A stretch of 62,977 bases of DNA, the filler included, from Octopus bimaculoides (taxonomy: Eukaryota): assembly GCF_001194135.2 (NCBI RefSeq). It is 4 parts of 4 records of this genome, joined end to end, with 100 filler letters (N's around TTAATTAATTAA, not from the genome) between each part and the next. Parts side by side here need not be neighbours in the genome. Positions count along the whole stretch, not along the records: positions 26,440 to 50,298 come from NC_068985.1; 3 more parts are not named here. The stretch is one strand, 5' to 3'. How positions within the stretch are numbered: position 1 is the stretch's first letter; every line of letters begins with the position of its first letter. Positions 26,340-39,802 of the stretch are shown piece by piece. Made by a program: the position numbers and the translations under genes. Below the pieces are notes generated by a model, which worked only from the letters and a program-made list of their open reading frames with translations, was not told the DNA's origin and ran no database searches.

Positions 26340-26439
26340 NNNNNNNNNNNNNNNNNNNNNNNNNNNNNNNNNNNNNNNNNNNNTTAATTAATTAANNNNN
26401 NNNNNNNNNNNNNNNNNNNNNNNNNNNNNNNNNNNNNNN
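26340..26439. other. Artificial scaffold join: 44 N + TTAATTAATTAA (stops in all six frames) + 44 N
   Basis: The same 100-bp construct occurs three times in the window. Confidence 0.95.
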
Positions 26440-26967
26440 ATATATATGTATGTATGTATGTATGAAAACTCGTACAAACACGCATATACGCACATAGTTA
26501 TGTGCATGTATATATACATGTATGCGTGTGTGGGTCTACATAATGTGTGTTTATTTATTTGCAGTCCGTGTTTTATGTTTTCGTGTAAAGATACGTTAGT
26601 TGCTAATATACACAAGCATGCAAGCATGTATTTTTGCATCCTTCTTCCTAAACTGACGAACTGCTTACAACTCTCGCTCGTCTTGCTTATAGCTATCGAG
26701 CTAATACTGCCAATATAACAGTCGTTTTGGGAATTCAGTGGAACCTCATGATTACATTCAAGGAATTCCTATATTCTGTATTTTTCTATAATTCTCTGCA
26801 TATTTTTGCAACACCTATGATAACAAATTCAGGCTATTTGGCTATTTATTTCTACTTTTCATTATTATCTAAATATCGAAGGGTAAACCTCCGAGTAACG
26901 TTTACATATATACACACAAATATATATTGTTGACGTCATATACACATGTGTGCTTCTAAATATATCG

Positions 26968-27000
<33 letters not shown>

Positions 27001-27014
27001 GGGGGGTGTCTCTC

Positions 27015-27480
27015 GATGCAACATGTCAGCTACTGGGAAAGACTTAAAGAGTTAAAACTCTTCTCCCTGGAACGAAGGCGGGAGAGATATACAGTGATAT
27101 ACATCTGGAAAATCCTAGACGGCCTTGTACCAAACTTTAGCATTGAAAGTTATTCAAACTGCCGAACGAGGCGCCACTGCATAGTACCAAAGATCCCAGC
27201 ATCACCATCAAAATACAAGACCAGATACTGTAACAGCTTGGGTTTCAAGGGCTCACAGCTCTTTAATATCCTTCCAAAATGCCTGAGAGATGCATGGTGT
27301 GGATGCAAGTGTCTTTAAAACAACACCAGATGTCTTCTTGTTACGGGTTCCAGACGAGCCTACCTCACGGTAGGATGCACAGATGCAGGTAGAATCATCA
27401 GAATCCCTCATTGATCAAGTACCACATCTATCTATATACTTTCCACATAATGGTGTATCTCATTCAACGGAGGTGCTCCA
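27015..27480 (+). mobile_element. CR1-type LINE 3' fragment
   Basis: SYWERLKELKLFSLERRRERYTVIYIWKILDGLVPNF..NSLGFKGSQLFNILPKCLRD..VPDEP. Confidence 0.85.
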
Positions 27481-27531
27481 GCTTGACCACAGCTTTGCAG
27501 TTGAAACATTTTAAAAATATTTAAAATATTT

Positions 27532-27602
<71 letters not shown>

Positions 27603-28475
27603 GTGTGTGTGTGCGTGTATGTGTATGCATATATATGTGTATAATAAATACATAAACAGATATATAGATAGATAGTAGGAATATATATATCTATATATAT
27701 ATATATAATTATGTATATATATATATGTATANNNNNNNNNNNNNNNNNNNNNNNNNNNNNNNNNNNNNNNNNNNNNNNNNNNNNNNNNNNNNNNNNNNNN
27801 NNNNNNNNNNNNNNNNNNNNNNNNNNNNNNNNNNNNNNNNNNNNNNNNNNNNNNNNNNNNNNNNNNNNNNNNNNNNNNNNNNNNNNNNNNNNNNNNNNNN
27901 NNNNNNNNNNNNNNNNNNNNNNNNNNNNNNNNNNNTATATATATGTACATACACATATGTGTGTGTGTGTGTGTGTATGTGTTGTGTTTTAGGTATTGAG
28001 TATTTGTTTCAGCCCCCACCAGTATTTTAACAGATAGTTTTTATGCTAAAACACAGATATACATAATGTGTAAATCTATTACATTTGTAATGCACAACAT
28101 ATAAATATAGTGTATGAGTATAATAGACAATATACAGAAAATAATTTTCATGTTTGCATATTTCCGTATTTATGTTTGTACATATATATGTATGAATATG
28201 AAACATAAGAAGAGGAAATGTGGAGAGGCACGGATATTGTTAAGAGTCCCTATTAAATATGAGTTTTTCTTGCTGTAACAATAACATTATAAGATTGCAA
28301 ATATGTCCGCACATTTCAATAGAAAGAGTATTGTGGTTAGGATGTTTTACAGCTTTTAATGGTTTATTTTGGAAGCACCATTATTTCGAGTTTTAATAAC
28401 CGAGCTGTTTATCTTGAACATTCTGAAGCACATGTAGTGGTCGCGGAGAGCAGATGGCGTACCAGCGTGCGTTCG

Positions 28476-28566
<91 letters not shown>

Positions 28567-28605
28567 GTATCTATCTTTCTATCTATCTATCTGTCTGTCT
28601 GTATT

Positions 28606-28655
<50 letters not shown>

Positions 28656-28677
28656 CATCTATCTATCTATCTATCTT

Positions 28678-28708
<31 letters not shown>

Positions 28709-28856
28709 CTCTGTCTGTCTGTCTGCCTGTCTGTCTGTTTGTCTGTCTGTCTGTTTGTCTGTCTGTCCGTCCATCCATCCAAATCCACCCAACCAGCCTA
28801 ACATATCTGCCTACCTACATACCTACCTACCTGTCTGTCTGTCTGTTTTCTATCTT

Positions 28857-28903
<47 letters not shown>

Positions 28904-28960
28904 GTCTGACTGTATTTCTATATATCTCTCTTTCTCTCCCCCTCTCTCTTTCTCTCTCTC
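28476..28960. repeat. (TCTG)n/(TCTA)n compound tetranucleotide satellite
   Basis: Direct reading; source of the 260-aa ORF 28359-29141. Confidence 0.95.
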
Positions 28961-28973
28961 TCTCTCTATGCAC

Positions 28974-29034
<61 letters not shown>

Positions 29035-30932
29035 TACATATATGTATATATATCCACACACACTCATATATATGTACACATACATATCTTTATACATGCA
29101 TGCCTGCATGTATGTATGCATGTATCTCTGCATGTATGTAAACTCTCGTGCGCACATGCATACTTATATATGAGTGGCATGTGTGGGAAGGAAAGCATTT
29201 TATTATTTCATAATATGGGAACAATTTTCCGTCCGACCATCCATAGATACAAGTGAATTATTATAGAATCGACCAACAGGTAATCGCTGGGCAACACGAA
29301 ATTTAGACAAGATGTATGCTCGTCAACTGTATTTCTTGCTTGCATGCCTCTCTTTGCGCAATATGAATATGTGTGTAAGAGTGTAGATATGTAAATACAT
29401 GCATAATACAGTTACACACACAAACGCACAGATATTGTATGACAGAATAACATGAAACATGAGTTGGTGTTGCATTTATTTCATATGTTACGGATGTTTC
29501 TGCGATCGACAATCAAGATCGTCGAGCAATCACAAATTATAAAATATAATTTATAAAACAATATTTCATCATATCAAATAACGACAGCGTCTTTAAACAG
29601 GGTCGAAATATAAATCAACTATAGCCAAGTTCCATATATAAATACCTGAAAAATATGTCAAAACAAAAAAGCGCGTAACTAGCTGTGTGTGTGTGTGTGT
29701 TCCTGTGTGTTTGTGTGTGTGTGTGAGAGAGAGTGTGTGTGTGTGTGTGTGTGTCTCTCTCTCTCTGTCTCTCTGTCTCTCTCTGTCTGTCTCTCTGTCT
29801 GTCTCNNNNNNNNNNNNNNNNNNNNNNNNNNNNNNNNNNNNNNNNNNNNNNNNNNNNNNNNNNNNNNNNNNNNNNNNNNNNNNNNNNNNNNNNNNNNNNN
29901 NNNNNNNNNNNNNNNNNNNNNNNNNNNNNNNNNNNNNNNNNNNNNNNNNNNNNNNNNNNNNNNNNNNNNNNNNNNNNNNNNNNNNNNNNNNNNNNNNNNN
30001 NNNNNNNNNNNNNNNNNNNNNNNNNNNNNNNNNNNNNNNNNNNNNNNNNNNNNNNNNNNNNNNNNNNNNNNNNNNNNNNNNNNNNNNNNNNNNNNNNNNN
30101 NNNNNNNNNNNNNNNNNNNNNNNNNNNNNNNNNNNNNNNNNNNNNNNNNNNNNNNNNNNNNNNNNNNNNNNNNNNNNNNNNNNNNNNNNNNNNNNNNNNN
30201 NNNNNNNNNNNNNNNNNNNNNNNNNNNNNNNNNNNNNNNNNNNNNNNNNNNNNNNNNNNNNNNNNNNNNNNNNNNNNNNNNNNNNNNNNNNNNNNNNNNN
30301 NNNNNNNNNNNNNNNNNNNNNNNNNNNNNNNNNNNNNNNNNNNNNNNNNNNNNNNNNNNNNNNNNNNNNNNNNNNNNNNNNNNNNNNNNNNNNNNNNNNN
30401 NNNNNNNNNNNNNNNNNNNNNNNNNNNNNNNNNNNNNNNNNNNNNNNNNNNTTATCTAGAACACAGAGTATGCATAGAAAACAACAAGAGCGGTGATATG
30501 TTAATAAGTGTTATTCATTAGATCGTTACACTTGTTTCAGTGATTCGATCACATAGCAAAGATAAACTTTTCAATCTACTAATGTTATCTGAGCTTCAGA
30601 GCTTGTATAATAAACGAAATGTTATCCTTCAAGTATTACATAACAATCCAACAGATATGTCATATTCGCCGAATAGAAATTCTGTCCCAATTAACAGCAG
30701 AAAGTATATTTAAATAGGCAAGCAGCTTAGTAGGAAAAACGTAACTTATCATTAGTATGTGGACAGTAAATCGGTTAGTGGTAAACTGCAGAGCGCCAGA
30801 CAATCGCTAGACAGATTTTTGATATCAAGTGTCAAGGTTAGTGATAAGGAGAGATATAAAGTTCCGGCACAAGGCCTTCTTTTACGGTGTTCATGTTCAC
30901 AAACAGTTTTAGATAACTAACATTTTAGCGAA

Positions 30933-30969
<37 letters not shown>

Positions 30970-31376
30970 ACACACACACACACGCACACTCACACACACA
31001 CAAACATATGCGTGTATGTATGCAGTAATTTTTATAAAGCTAAAAGAATACAAGTTATAAAAAAATTAATAATACAGGTCGATGGCTAGTAGAGCTACTT
31101 GATATTTTTAAATTTGCAAGTTAGAACACCTTGAGGAAATTTACAGAGCTAACGTGTTGATAGTTCACAGAACAAAGACGTGACTTAGCAATAACTTTCT
31201 CCATAAATCTCCTGAAGATATCATAACCTTCAAATGTTAGAATTCCAGACGATTGTACTAACCATCGTCCTGTGAGATTAATTTCTTTTACAACTTGCAT
31301 TGTTTCGGTTTTATAGAAATTTAAAAGATTTATACATATATCAGACAATGCTTCATGAAAACTATTGTATGTCTGT

Positions 31377-31422
31377 GTATGAGTATGAGTATGAGTATGA
31401 GTATGAGTATGAGTATGAGTAT
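31377..31422. repeat. (GTATGA)n hexanucleotide microsatellite
   Basis: Direct reading. Confidence 0.95.
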
Positions 31423-32788
31423 GTCTGTGTATGAGTATATATGTGTACATATATGAGAGATTTGAGGAATAGTTCATCGAAATATCTGAGCCTCCATTAT
31501 TCTAAGTGAATTCCTGAGAATTATTTACATTTGTAAAATCATTTTCCTACAATTTGTTATTGAAATGTTTCTACGAATAAACACACACATACACATGCAC
31601 ACGCACGCGTCTCCAATGTGTGTGTGTGTGTGCTTGTGTGTGTGCGCGCGCGCGTGTTTGTATGAAATAATATTCCTGTTAACTCAACAATGTACATCTT
31701 TGTTAAGCCTAATTGACGATATTACAAAACGATTCGAGAAAAATTTACAAATAATAAAACATTTGCAGATTCCACAAACCGCTGTTGTCATTGAATAATT
31801 AATTAAACAATATTAAAATGTTCCTGTAGTGCCTGACAGGTTTAGAAATCTCTCTGACGACAATATTCCTGCTTTGATGCAAATCCATCTCATCCTCTTA
31901 ACGAAATAGAGAAATTTCTATTATGGCTTATGAATTTGGTATTCAATCACATACGACCGCACGCGAAAGAAGCCGAAATTGAAGAACAAATAGAAACGAG
32001 TGATTTTATATTAAACGAGCTCGGACAAACATTATTGATATATCCTGGATATCATCTGAAAGTGCTGACCACGGTAATAAACGCTTATATGCTACATCTA
32101 TGCTGATGGTGCACACATAAGCTCACAACATATATCGTAACTCGTCATAATCGAAGTGTAACTAACAAAAATGTTTAATGAATGTTTACACATCAACATA
32201 AATTGGTCTGGACTGCGACAAAATTCTCTACTGAAGGAAGCAGTGAAACGAAATTTCGACGACCATATTGAATAAAATAAGACCAGGTTGCTTTTAGAGC
32301 ATAGCAAATTCTTTATAATTTTTTATACGAGTGTTTAAACAAACAATAGAAAAGAGCATTCAACATATTTGCTTGGGGTTTTAAATATTTAAAGGCTGAC
32401 TCAGAACGTATTAGTTCGTTATGTGGGCAGAGTAAACGCTCACAATCTATAATTGAGAATTTTAAACGAATGTATAAATAGCTTCCCGGTATCCAGTTTG
32501 GCTTATGGTGGTATTTCCGGGTTATCAAAAGGTAATGTTTTTAAGTGCATTAATACAGCGTAGGATGGATGCATTGCAGGGTTTCCTATTGACGGATAAT
32601 GCAGGCTGCTTGTTTATGGGCATTTTATTACAGAGGCAGCAATAAGAATTGTTGTTGCGTGCTAACTGAAGCACTCACGTGATCGGAAGAACAACTAGGC
32701 GCTAAAATATCTCATCTCTGTCTGTCTGTCTCTGTCTGTCTCTGTGTGTGTGTCTCTCTCTCTCTGTATGTATATGTATATGTGTGTA

Positions 32789-32841
<53 letters not shown>

Positions 32842-33050
32842 TATGTGTGTGTGTATGTGTATACATATAAAGATATATAGATGAATAGAAAGATAGATAC
32901 ACATTTTTTTTACACATATATTTGTATATGTATATATATGTGTGTGTATGCCCATATAGTTGGAATTTACAAAAGACAAAACAAAAGACGAAAACGGGTG
33001 TGTAAACAACAAACACATGTATTAGTTTAACGCTCGGGAAGGGAGAAAGT

Positions 33051-33086
33051 CTTCTACGTTTCACTACTACGCTCTTCGACAGAAAG
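33051..33086 (-). ncRNA. Degenerate minimal hammerhead-like motif within a short repeat (~32960-33115)
   Basis: Minus strand CUUU-CUGUCGA-A-GAGCguaguagu-GAAACGUA-GAAG: helix I and palindromic ACGU retained, A6 changed to U, helix II broken. Confidence 0.35.
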
Positions 33087-33954
33087 GAACACAGAGATAA
33101 GCAGAGAAAGATTATATGTACCGTTTTTGCTTATGAAGGGGTGACATTAATTGTAATTCCTGTTGTATGGAGGCAGTAAACATCCTAAGCTATAAGTCTG
33201 GTCTCATCAATAAACGAAAGCTTCGTTGTTCTCACCAATTTAATAAAACTTTCTATAAAATTTCGTTTAGCTTCTTATAAAATATATACTAATATCTGCG
33301 TTTCAATTCTCTACGTTGCTTCACAAAATATTCTCCATACATAACATGTTGCATAACAGCTTCTGAATTCCTATGGTATTAATTATTTTCTATAGAACTA
33401 ACCATTTGATCTTTATTTAATTTTGCTTCTAATTGGTTTAATGATATACACTTTCCCTGGGGAGAATAAATTTATGCATTTTCGCAAAATACTAGTAACT
33501 CTTATGTTATTTTTCATCCAATATATGATCTAATATATGACATGGTTTGTTACATCAAACATAGTTAGTTTCGTTAATTCGATGTTCTTATTCCTATATT
33601 TCAAAGTTATTTTTTCACTTTTTTCGATTGATAGTCCTTCTGACGTTTCTTTCAAGTTTATTCCTTCCACAACTTAACGGCTTTCTTGAGAATACGCTAA
33701 CAATTTCTAGTGCTAACATCCGAATCTTCATCTCCCTTCTCCTATGAATACACTGCAATTTTCTGCGTCACATACCTGCCAGCACTAGTAACACAAATGT
33801 TACAGTCGATCATATATTGGAACTTAAAGGGAGATTTTGTCTCCATAATTCATTTGTTTGTGTTTCTCTGGCCGTTTGTCAACTGAATGCCTTTACTGAT
33901 ATCGCATTTCAACACATTCTCATTTATAAGAACTTATCTGCCTCAGTACACCAA

Positions 33955-34385
33955 ATTCTTTTCTATTCTAGGCACAAGGCCCAACATTTTTGGGGAAGGG
34001 ACCAGCCGATTAGATCGACCCTAGTACGCAACTGGTACTTAATTTATCGACCCCGAAAGAATGAAAGGCAAAGTCGACCTCGGCAGAATTCGAACTCAGA
34101 ACGTAAAGACAAACGAAATACCGCTAAGCATTTCGCCCGGCGTGCTAACGTTTCTTATTTCTTTACTGCCAAGAAGGGGCTAAACATAGAGGGGACAAAC
34201 AAGGACAGACAAGCGGATTAAGTCGATTATAGCGACTCCAATGCTTAAATGGTACTTATTTAATCGACCCCGAAAGGATGAAAGGCAAAGTCGACCTCTA
34301 CAGAATTTGAACTCAGAACATAGCGGCAGACGAAATGCCGCTAATTATTTCGCCCGGGGTGCTAACCACTCTGCCAGCTCTCCCC
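33955..34385 (-). mobile_element. Composite (tandem) young SINE family B
   Basis: Reverse complement of the 47730-48160 head-tail-head structure. Confidence 0.9.
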
Positions 34386-34822
34386 TTCCCTATGTACACC
34401 AAATTGTTTTGTTTATAGTCGTGATGAAACGACAGGTCGTATTTTCTTTTAATACTGCATCGGCCTACATAATCTTCATATAATTTATACAATTTTCTTG
34501 TATGTGATCCAGCATCTTCAATTATATCACAATTCCACCGGTCCACAGTACCTATCCTCTGAATTGTTTTACACATCCATGTGTGTGGGTGGGTGGGGGC
34601 TGCGTACGCGCGTGAATAAGTGTGTGTGTATGTAAAATTAAACAGTCGAATGAATCAAGATGGAAATATCACATATAGTTAGTGACAATGGCTTCGGTAA
34701 CCGGTGGAATAGAGTACATGGTCGACACCGAGATGCGCGAAAATTATATAACATATAACCTACCGCTCTATCTATCTATCCGTCAATCTCATCACACACA
34801 TATGCACATACACACACACACA

Positions 34823-34860
<38 letters not shown>

Positions 34861-34949
34861 TATATATAATACATATATATACATATATGAGATATATGTG
34901 CGCGCATATATATATATATATATATATGTATATGTATGTTTGTATGTAT

Positions 34950-35108
34950 ATATGGGTACAGGACGTCACCATCTGTAAACAACATGAAGTTTGAAAACAA
35001 AAGAGTCAAATACGCTAACAACGAGAGAAAAAATGGAAAACAGGATATGTAATATAAAGAACGACCCTTCATCAGTTGCTGGCTGTCTATCTATTCCTCA
35101 TTTCGAGC
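34950..35108. repeat. Dispersed ~160-bp repeat, copy 1 (copy 2 at 38790-38950)
   Basis: Both copies: tatgggt.cag.acgtcac...aacaacgagagaaa..aatggaaaa..gaacgacccttcatcagttg..ggctgtcta.cta.tcctcatttcgagc. Confidence 0.8.
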
Positions 35109-36575
35109 TATATATATATATATATATCGTTATTTATTTGTGAGACATACATGTGCGTAGATGACTGTGTATATATGTGCATATATATATATATATATAT
35201 ATANNNNNNNNNNNNNNNNNNNNNNNNNNNNNNNNNNNNNNNNNNNNNNNNNNNNNNNNNNNNNNNNNNNNNNNNNNNNNNNNNNNNNNNNNNNNNNNNN
35301 NNNNNNNNNNNNNNNNNNNNNNNNNNNNNNNNNNNNNNNNNNNNNNNNNNNNNNNNNNNNNNNNNNNNNNNNNNNNNNNNNNNNNNNNNNNNNNNNNNNN
35401 NNNNNNNNNNNNNNNNNNNNNNNNNNNNNNNNNNNNNNNNNNNNNNNNNNNNNNNNNNNNNNNNNNNNNNNNNNNNNNNNNNNNNNNNNNNNNNNNNNNN
35501 NNNNNNNNNNNNNNNNNNNNNNNNNNNNNNNNNNNNNNNNNNNNNNNNNNNNNNNNNNNNNNNNNNNNNNNNNNNNNNNNNNNNNNNNNNNNNNNNNNNN
35601 NNNNNNNNNNNNNNNNNNNNNNNNNNNNNNNNNNNNNNNNNNNNNNNNNNNNNNNNNNNNNNNNNNNNNNNNNNNNNNNNNNNNNNNNNNNNNNNNNNNN
35701 NNNNNNNNNNNNNNNNNNNNNNNNNNNNNNNNNNNNNNNNNNNNNNNNNNNNNNNNNNNNNNNNNNNNNNNNNNNNNNNNNNNNNNNNNNNNNNNNNNNN
35801 NNNNNNNNNNNNNNNNNNNNNNNNNNNNNNNNNNNNNNNNNNNNNNNNNNNNNNNNNNNNNNNNNNNNNNNNNNNNNNNNNNNNNNNNNNNNNNNNNNNN
35901 NNNNNNNNNNNNNNNNNNNNNNNNNNNNNNNNNNNNNNNNNNNNNNNNNNNNNNNNNNNNNNNNNNNNNNNNNNNNNNNNNNNNNNNNNNNNNNNNNNNN
36001 NNNNNNNNNNNNNNNNNNNNNNNNNNNNNNNNNNNNNNNNNNNNNNNNNNNNNNNNNNNNNNNNNNNNNNNNNNNNNNNNNNNNNNTATTGGACTTGATA
36101 AATTGCAATATATCTTGCCAAGAAAGGAAGGGCGGCGAAAAATACATATATATTTTAATTTTAATTTCGTTTTTCTTACTTTTTCGCAGTCCTAATCTCG
36201 TATGTGCAAATTAAAGAAAACTGATTCCTGTTTTGAAGTAAATAAAAATTAATCAATGAAAAAAGTAATGAGGTGTGCATGATTTCAGTTCTTTGAAACA
36301 TTAGCACGTTCGTTCTCGTAATTCAGAAAAACCTTGCTTGCTTTCTACACATTTTCCATTTTGGCCAATCCTGATAATAAATACGCCATTTTCGCATTTC
36401 TTCCATATCCACAACTCACACCTACACCCATACATATATGATTATACTCGCACAAGCGTGTACATATATATCCAAAATTATATATGCGAGATTGCGTATA
36501 TATGTATATCTAACTATCTCTCTACCTCTCTATCTATATATATCTCTCTCTCTATCTATCGATCTATATATACAT

Positions 36576-36634
<59 letters not shown>

Positions 36635-37649
36635 AGATATATAANNNNNNNNNNNNNNNNNNNNNNNNNNNNNNNNNNNNNNNNNNNNNNNNNNNNNNNN
36701 NNNNNNNNNNNNNNNNNNNNNNNNNNNNNNNNNNNNNNNNNNNNNNNNNNNNNNNNNNNNNNNNNNNNNNNNNNNNNNNNNNNNNNNNNNNNNNNNNNNN
36801 NNNNNNNNNNNNNNNNNNNNNNNNNNNNNNNNNNNNNNNNNNNNNNNNNNNNNNNNNNNNNNNNNNNNNNNNNNNNNNNNNNNNNNNNNNNNNNNNNNNN
36901 NNNNNNNNNNNNNNNNNNNNNNNNNNNNNNNNNNNNNNNNNNNNNNNNNNNNNNNNNNNNNNNNNNNNNNNNNNNNNNNNNNNNNNNNNNNNNNNNNNNN
37001 NNNNNNNNNNNNNNNNNNNNNNNNNNNNNNNNNNNNNNNNNNNNNNNNNNNNNNNNNNNNNNNNNNNNNNNNNNNNNNNNNNNNNNNNNNNNNNNNNNNN
37101 NNNNNNNNNNNNNNNNNNNNNNNNNNNNNNNNNNNNNNNNNNNNNNAATATGAGACTGAATACGACTGAGTCCGATATATTGCTAGTTCATGAAACAGGC
37201 AAAACAACGCCAAAATCGAAAAAAAGAGAAGGATTAGTTTTAGAATAGATTCCAATGATGGTTATTCGAACAATCTTTATTGTGTTGATCTCGGAAAGAA
37301 AAAGAGGAAATTGGGAGATCAGGGGTTTCGTAGCAGAATTTCATTAGATTGCACAAGATTTCTCTCGGTCTCCTTCCCATCTCTGAATGTAAATTTTGAA
37401 ACATTTATACAAACATTTATAGAAACATTTTGGGATATTCTAAGGAAAACTCGAGCCCAGATGCGATATACGCTCTGCACGCGGCTCTGATAATTCTTGT
37501 GCGTAACTTGAACAGGGAGTAATTCCACAATGTTCTTTATTCAAAGCTCCACCGATTTGTGCCATCTATCATATTAGAAAGAAATATTAAGTGAAATACT
37601 AAATATTACACATTAACTATAACTATGAAATATTGGGTTCCAATTTTGG

Positions 37650-37840
37650 CCCAACGCCAACAAATTCGAGAGTGGGGGGATAAGTTGATTAGATTTAACT
37701 GATACCTTATTTTATCATCGGCTCCGAAAAGATGAAAGGCAGATTCAACCTCGGCTGTACTTGAACTCAGAAACCAAAGCACGAAGAAACGCTACTAAGT
37801 ATTTTTCCCGGCGCGGTAACGATTCTACCAGCTCGTCGAC
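37650..37840 (-). mobile_element. SINE family B copy
   Basis: gatgaaaggcagattcaacctcggc..ttgaactcagaa..cccggcg..ctaccagctcgtcg. Confidence 0.75.
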
Positions 37841-38043
37841 TTATAATTACGAAATATTCGATTTTTGCTATAAAGTATAAGCGAACGCCAAAGCAAGGTT
37901 GTTGAAACATTTCGAAAAATAATTTGTAATGAAATAGGAAATATGTTAAATGTGTTATATATTGATTGTTATACGACAACAACTTTTCCTTCTGCTGGTT
38001 ATTATAGAGTTGCTTTACTGTTGTTATTGTTGTTCTGTTTTTA

Positions 38044-38109
<66 letters not shown>

Positions 38110-38549
38110 GCTTTCTTCGATGCGTCTGCTAGAATATAATGTGTCCAAAACTACGAAGCGACGCGATTTGATCGAAGAATTGAGACGAAGAATAAGAAAT
38201 AATCAATGATAAATATGAAAGATGGGATCTATTAATCAGATATAATATATTGTATATAAATTAGATCAAATATGACAGCCAGACAAAAGCACGTTACAAG
38301 CAAAATTGGCACAGACGACAAATAAATGCCTGCATTGGAAGACGCATGGTTATGTATACTCCAGAAACTGCGAGGCTTGTGTTATAAAATGCTTATATTT
38401 TATTTGATATAAGTGTAATATTGATTTGAGCGTATGCGGCTATAGAAAGGATCATATGATGACATATAATTATATACATATCAACACATCCATCTACAGG
38501 CACAAACACGCATAATACACCACCCATAACACGTACATCCATATGTATT

Positions 38550-38587
<38 letters not shown>

Positions 38588-38663
38588 CACACACATATAT
38601 ATATATACATATATATATATATGAATATATATATACGCATGCATATATATATACACATGTATG

Positions 38664-38711
<48 letters not shown>

Positions 38712-38789
38712 TATGTATATATACATAAGATAAAGTTACTTGGAAATGGATGCGTGGCGTTCAGTCAAATAATAATATAAGTAATATAT

Positions 38790-38950
38790 ATATGGGTGCA
38801 GAACGTCACTAACAGTAAATAACATGAAATACGAAAACGAATGAATTCAATAAGCAAACAACGAGAGAAACAAATGGAAAACTGGACACAAAGAACGACC
38901 CTTCATCAGTTGTCGGCTGTCTACCTACTCCTCATTTCGAGCATTGAACG
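38790..38950. repeat. Dispersed ~160-bp repeat, copy 2
   Basis: Aligns to 34950-35108. Confidence 0.8.
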
Positions 38951-38985
38951 GCACATACAAACACATACATAATACATACATACAT

Positions 38986-39016
<31 letters not shown>

Positions 39017-39044
39017 TACATACATACATACATACATACAAACA

Positions 39045-39074
<30 letters not shown>

Positions 39075-39077
<3 letters not shown>

Positions 39078-39415
39078 GGTGGTTGTCTACTCCTTACGCA
39101 AAGTTTGACCACCTCCTGTGCCTACATCTTAGAACCATCTTGGCATCTGATGTGGCTTTGTAAACCAGACAATGTTCAAAAAGACACGCACACAGATTGC
39201 ATGTCCAATTTGAACCACCAAGAGCTGCAGATAAGTTCTGATCTTTGTGGATCTCAAAATGTCTTTTGAGGCCTCCGTTAGATTTGCAAACCTTCTGGCA
39301 TACCTCGCATTGAAAGGTGTGCCCTGACATATAGGCAGAATATTTGGTGGAAGTTCGTTTTCATGGGTTCGCAGATGAGATTTGAGCCTAGCAAAAGAAA
39401 GGCATGGCCTGTCAC
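39075..39415 (-). pseudogene. Frameshifted array of three C2H2 zinc fingers followed by a short 3' end and (TATG)n; probably an RTE-type LINE C-terminus
   Basis: GDRPCLSFARLKSHLRTH / FQCEVCQKVCKSNGGLKRHFEIH / WTCNLC..[shift]TLSGLQSHIRC; stop close to a simple-repeat tail. Confidence 0.7.
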
Positions 39416-39421
39416 CACGAC

Positions 39422-39802
39422 CTTAGAATAGCACATACGCATTTATTAAAAATGATACATTCCAAAGAGATACCCAAGAATTCATTATAAACAGTCACAA
39501 TCACTACTATAATCCACAACGAGCCTCTTTTAGGTCACTTGACCATTTAACATCCAACTACTATCATACCACTCCCGCTGACTTTTATTCTTTCTCTTCT
39601 TCTCCTTCTCCTTCTTCGTCTTCTTCTTCCTCTACGCCACCCCCTTCCTTACTTTACTACTACTGCTGTTTAGAATAACACCTACGGACATATTAAAAAC
39701 AATACATTTAAAAGAGATATCTCCAGAATTCAATCCCTACTACCATCCACAAGTCACTTTCAATGCACTTGACCATTTAACATCCTACTACAATCATACC
39801 AC
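39422..39802. repeat. Imperfect direct repeat (~140-150 bp, 39422-39572 and 39671-39802) running into a gap
   Basis: ttagaata.cac.tacg...aaagagata..cagaattca...cacttgaccatttaacatcc.actac.atcataccac in both. Confidence 0.8.

Noticed and set aside
26384-26395. TTAATTAATTAA repeated at three positions as a possible conserved motif
   Set aside because: Always centred in exactly 44 N on each side: a synthetic six-frame-stop spacer, not biology
35060-35108. CTGATGAAG and CGAAA on the minus strand here and at ~38895-38945 as a hammerhead
   Set aside because: Motifs are in the wrong order for type I/III, and no helix II pairing supports type II
37147-37255. Minus-strand hydrophobic ORF (L)ESILKLILLFFSILALFCLFHELA as the missing signal-peptide exon
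   Set aside because: Starts at TTG with an in-frame TAA three codons upstream, has no ATG or acceptor, and has no phase-1 GT before the gap
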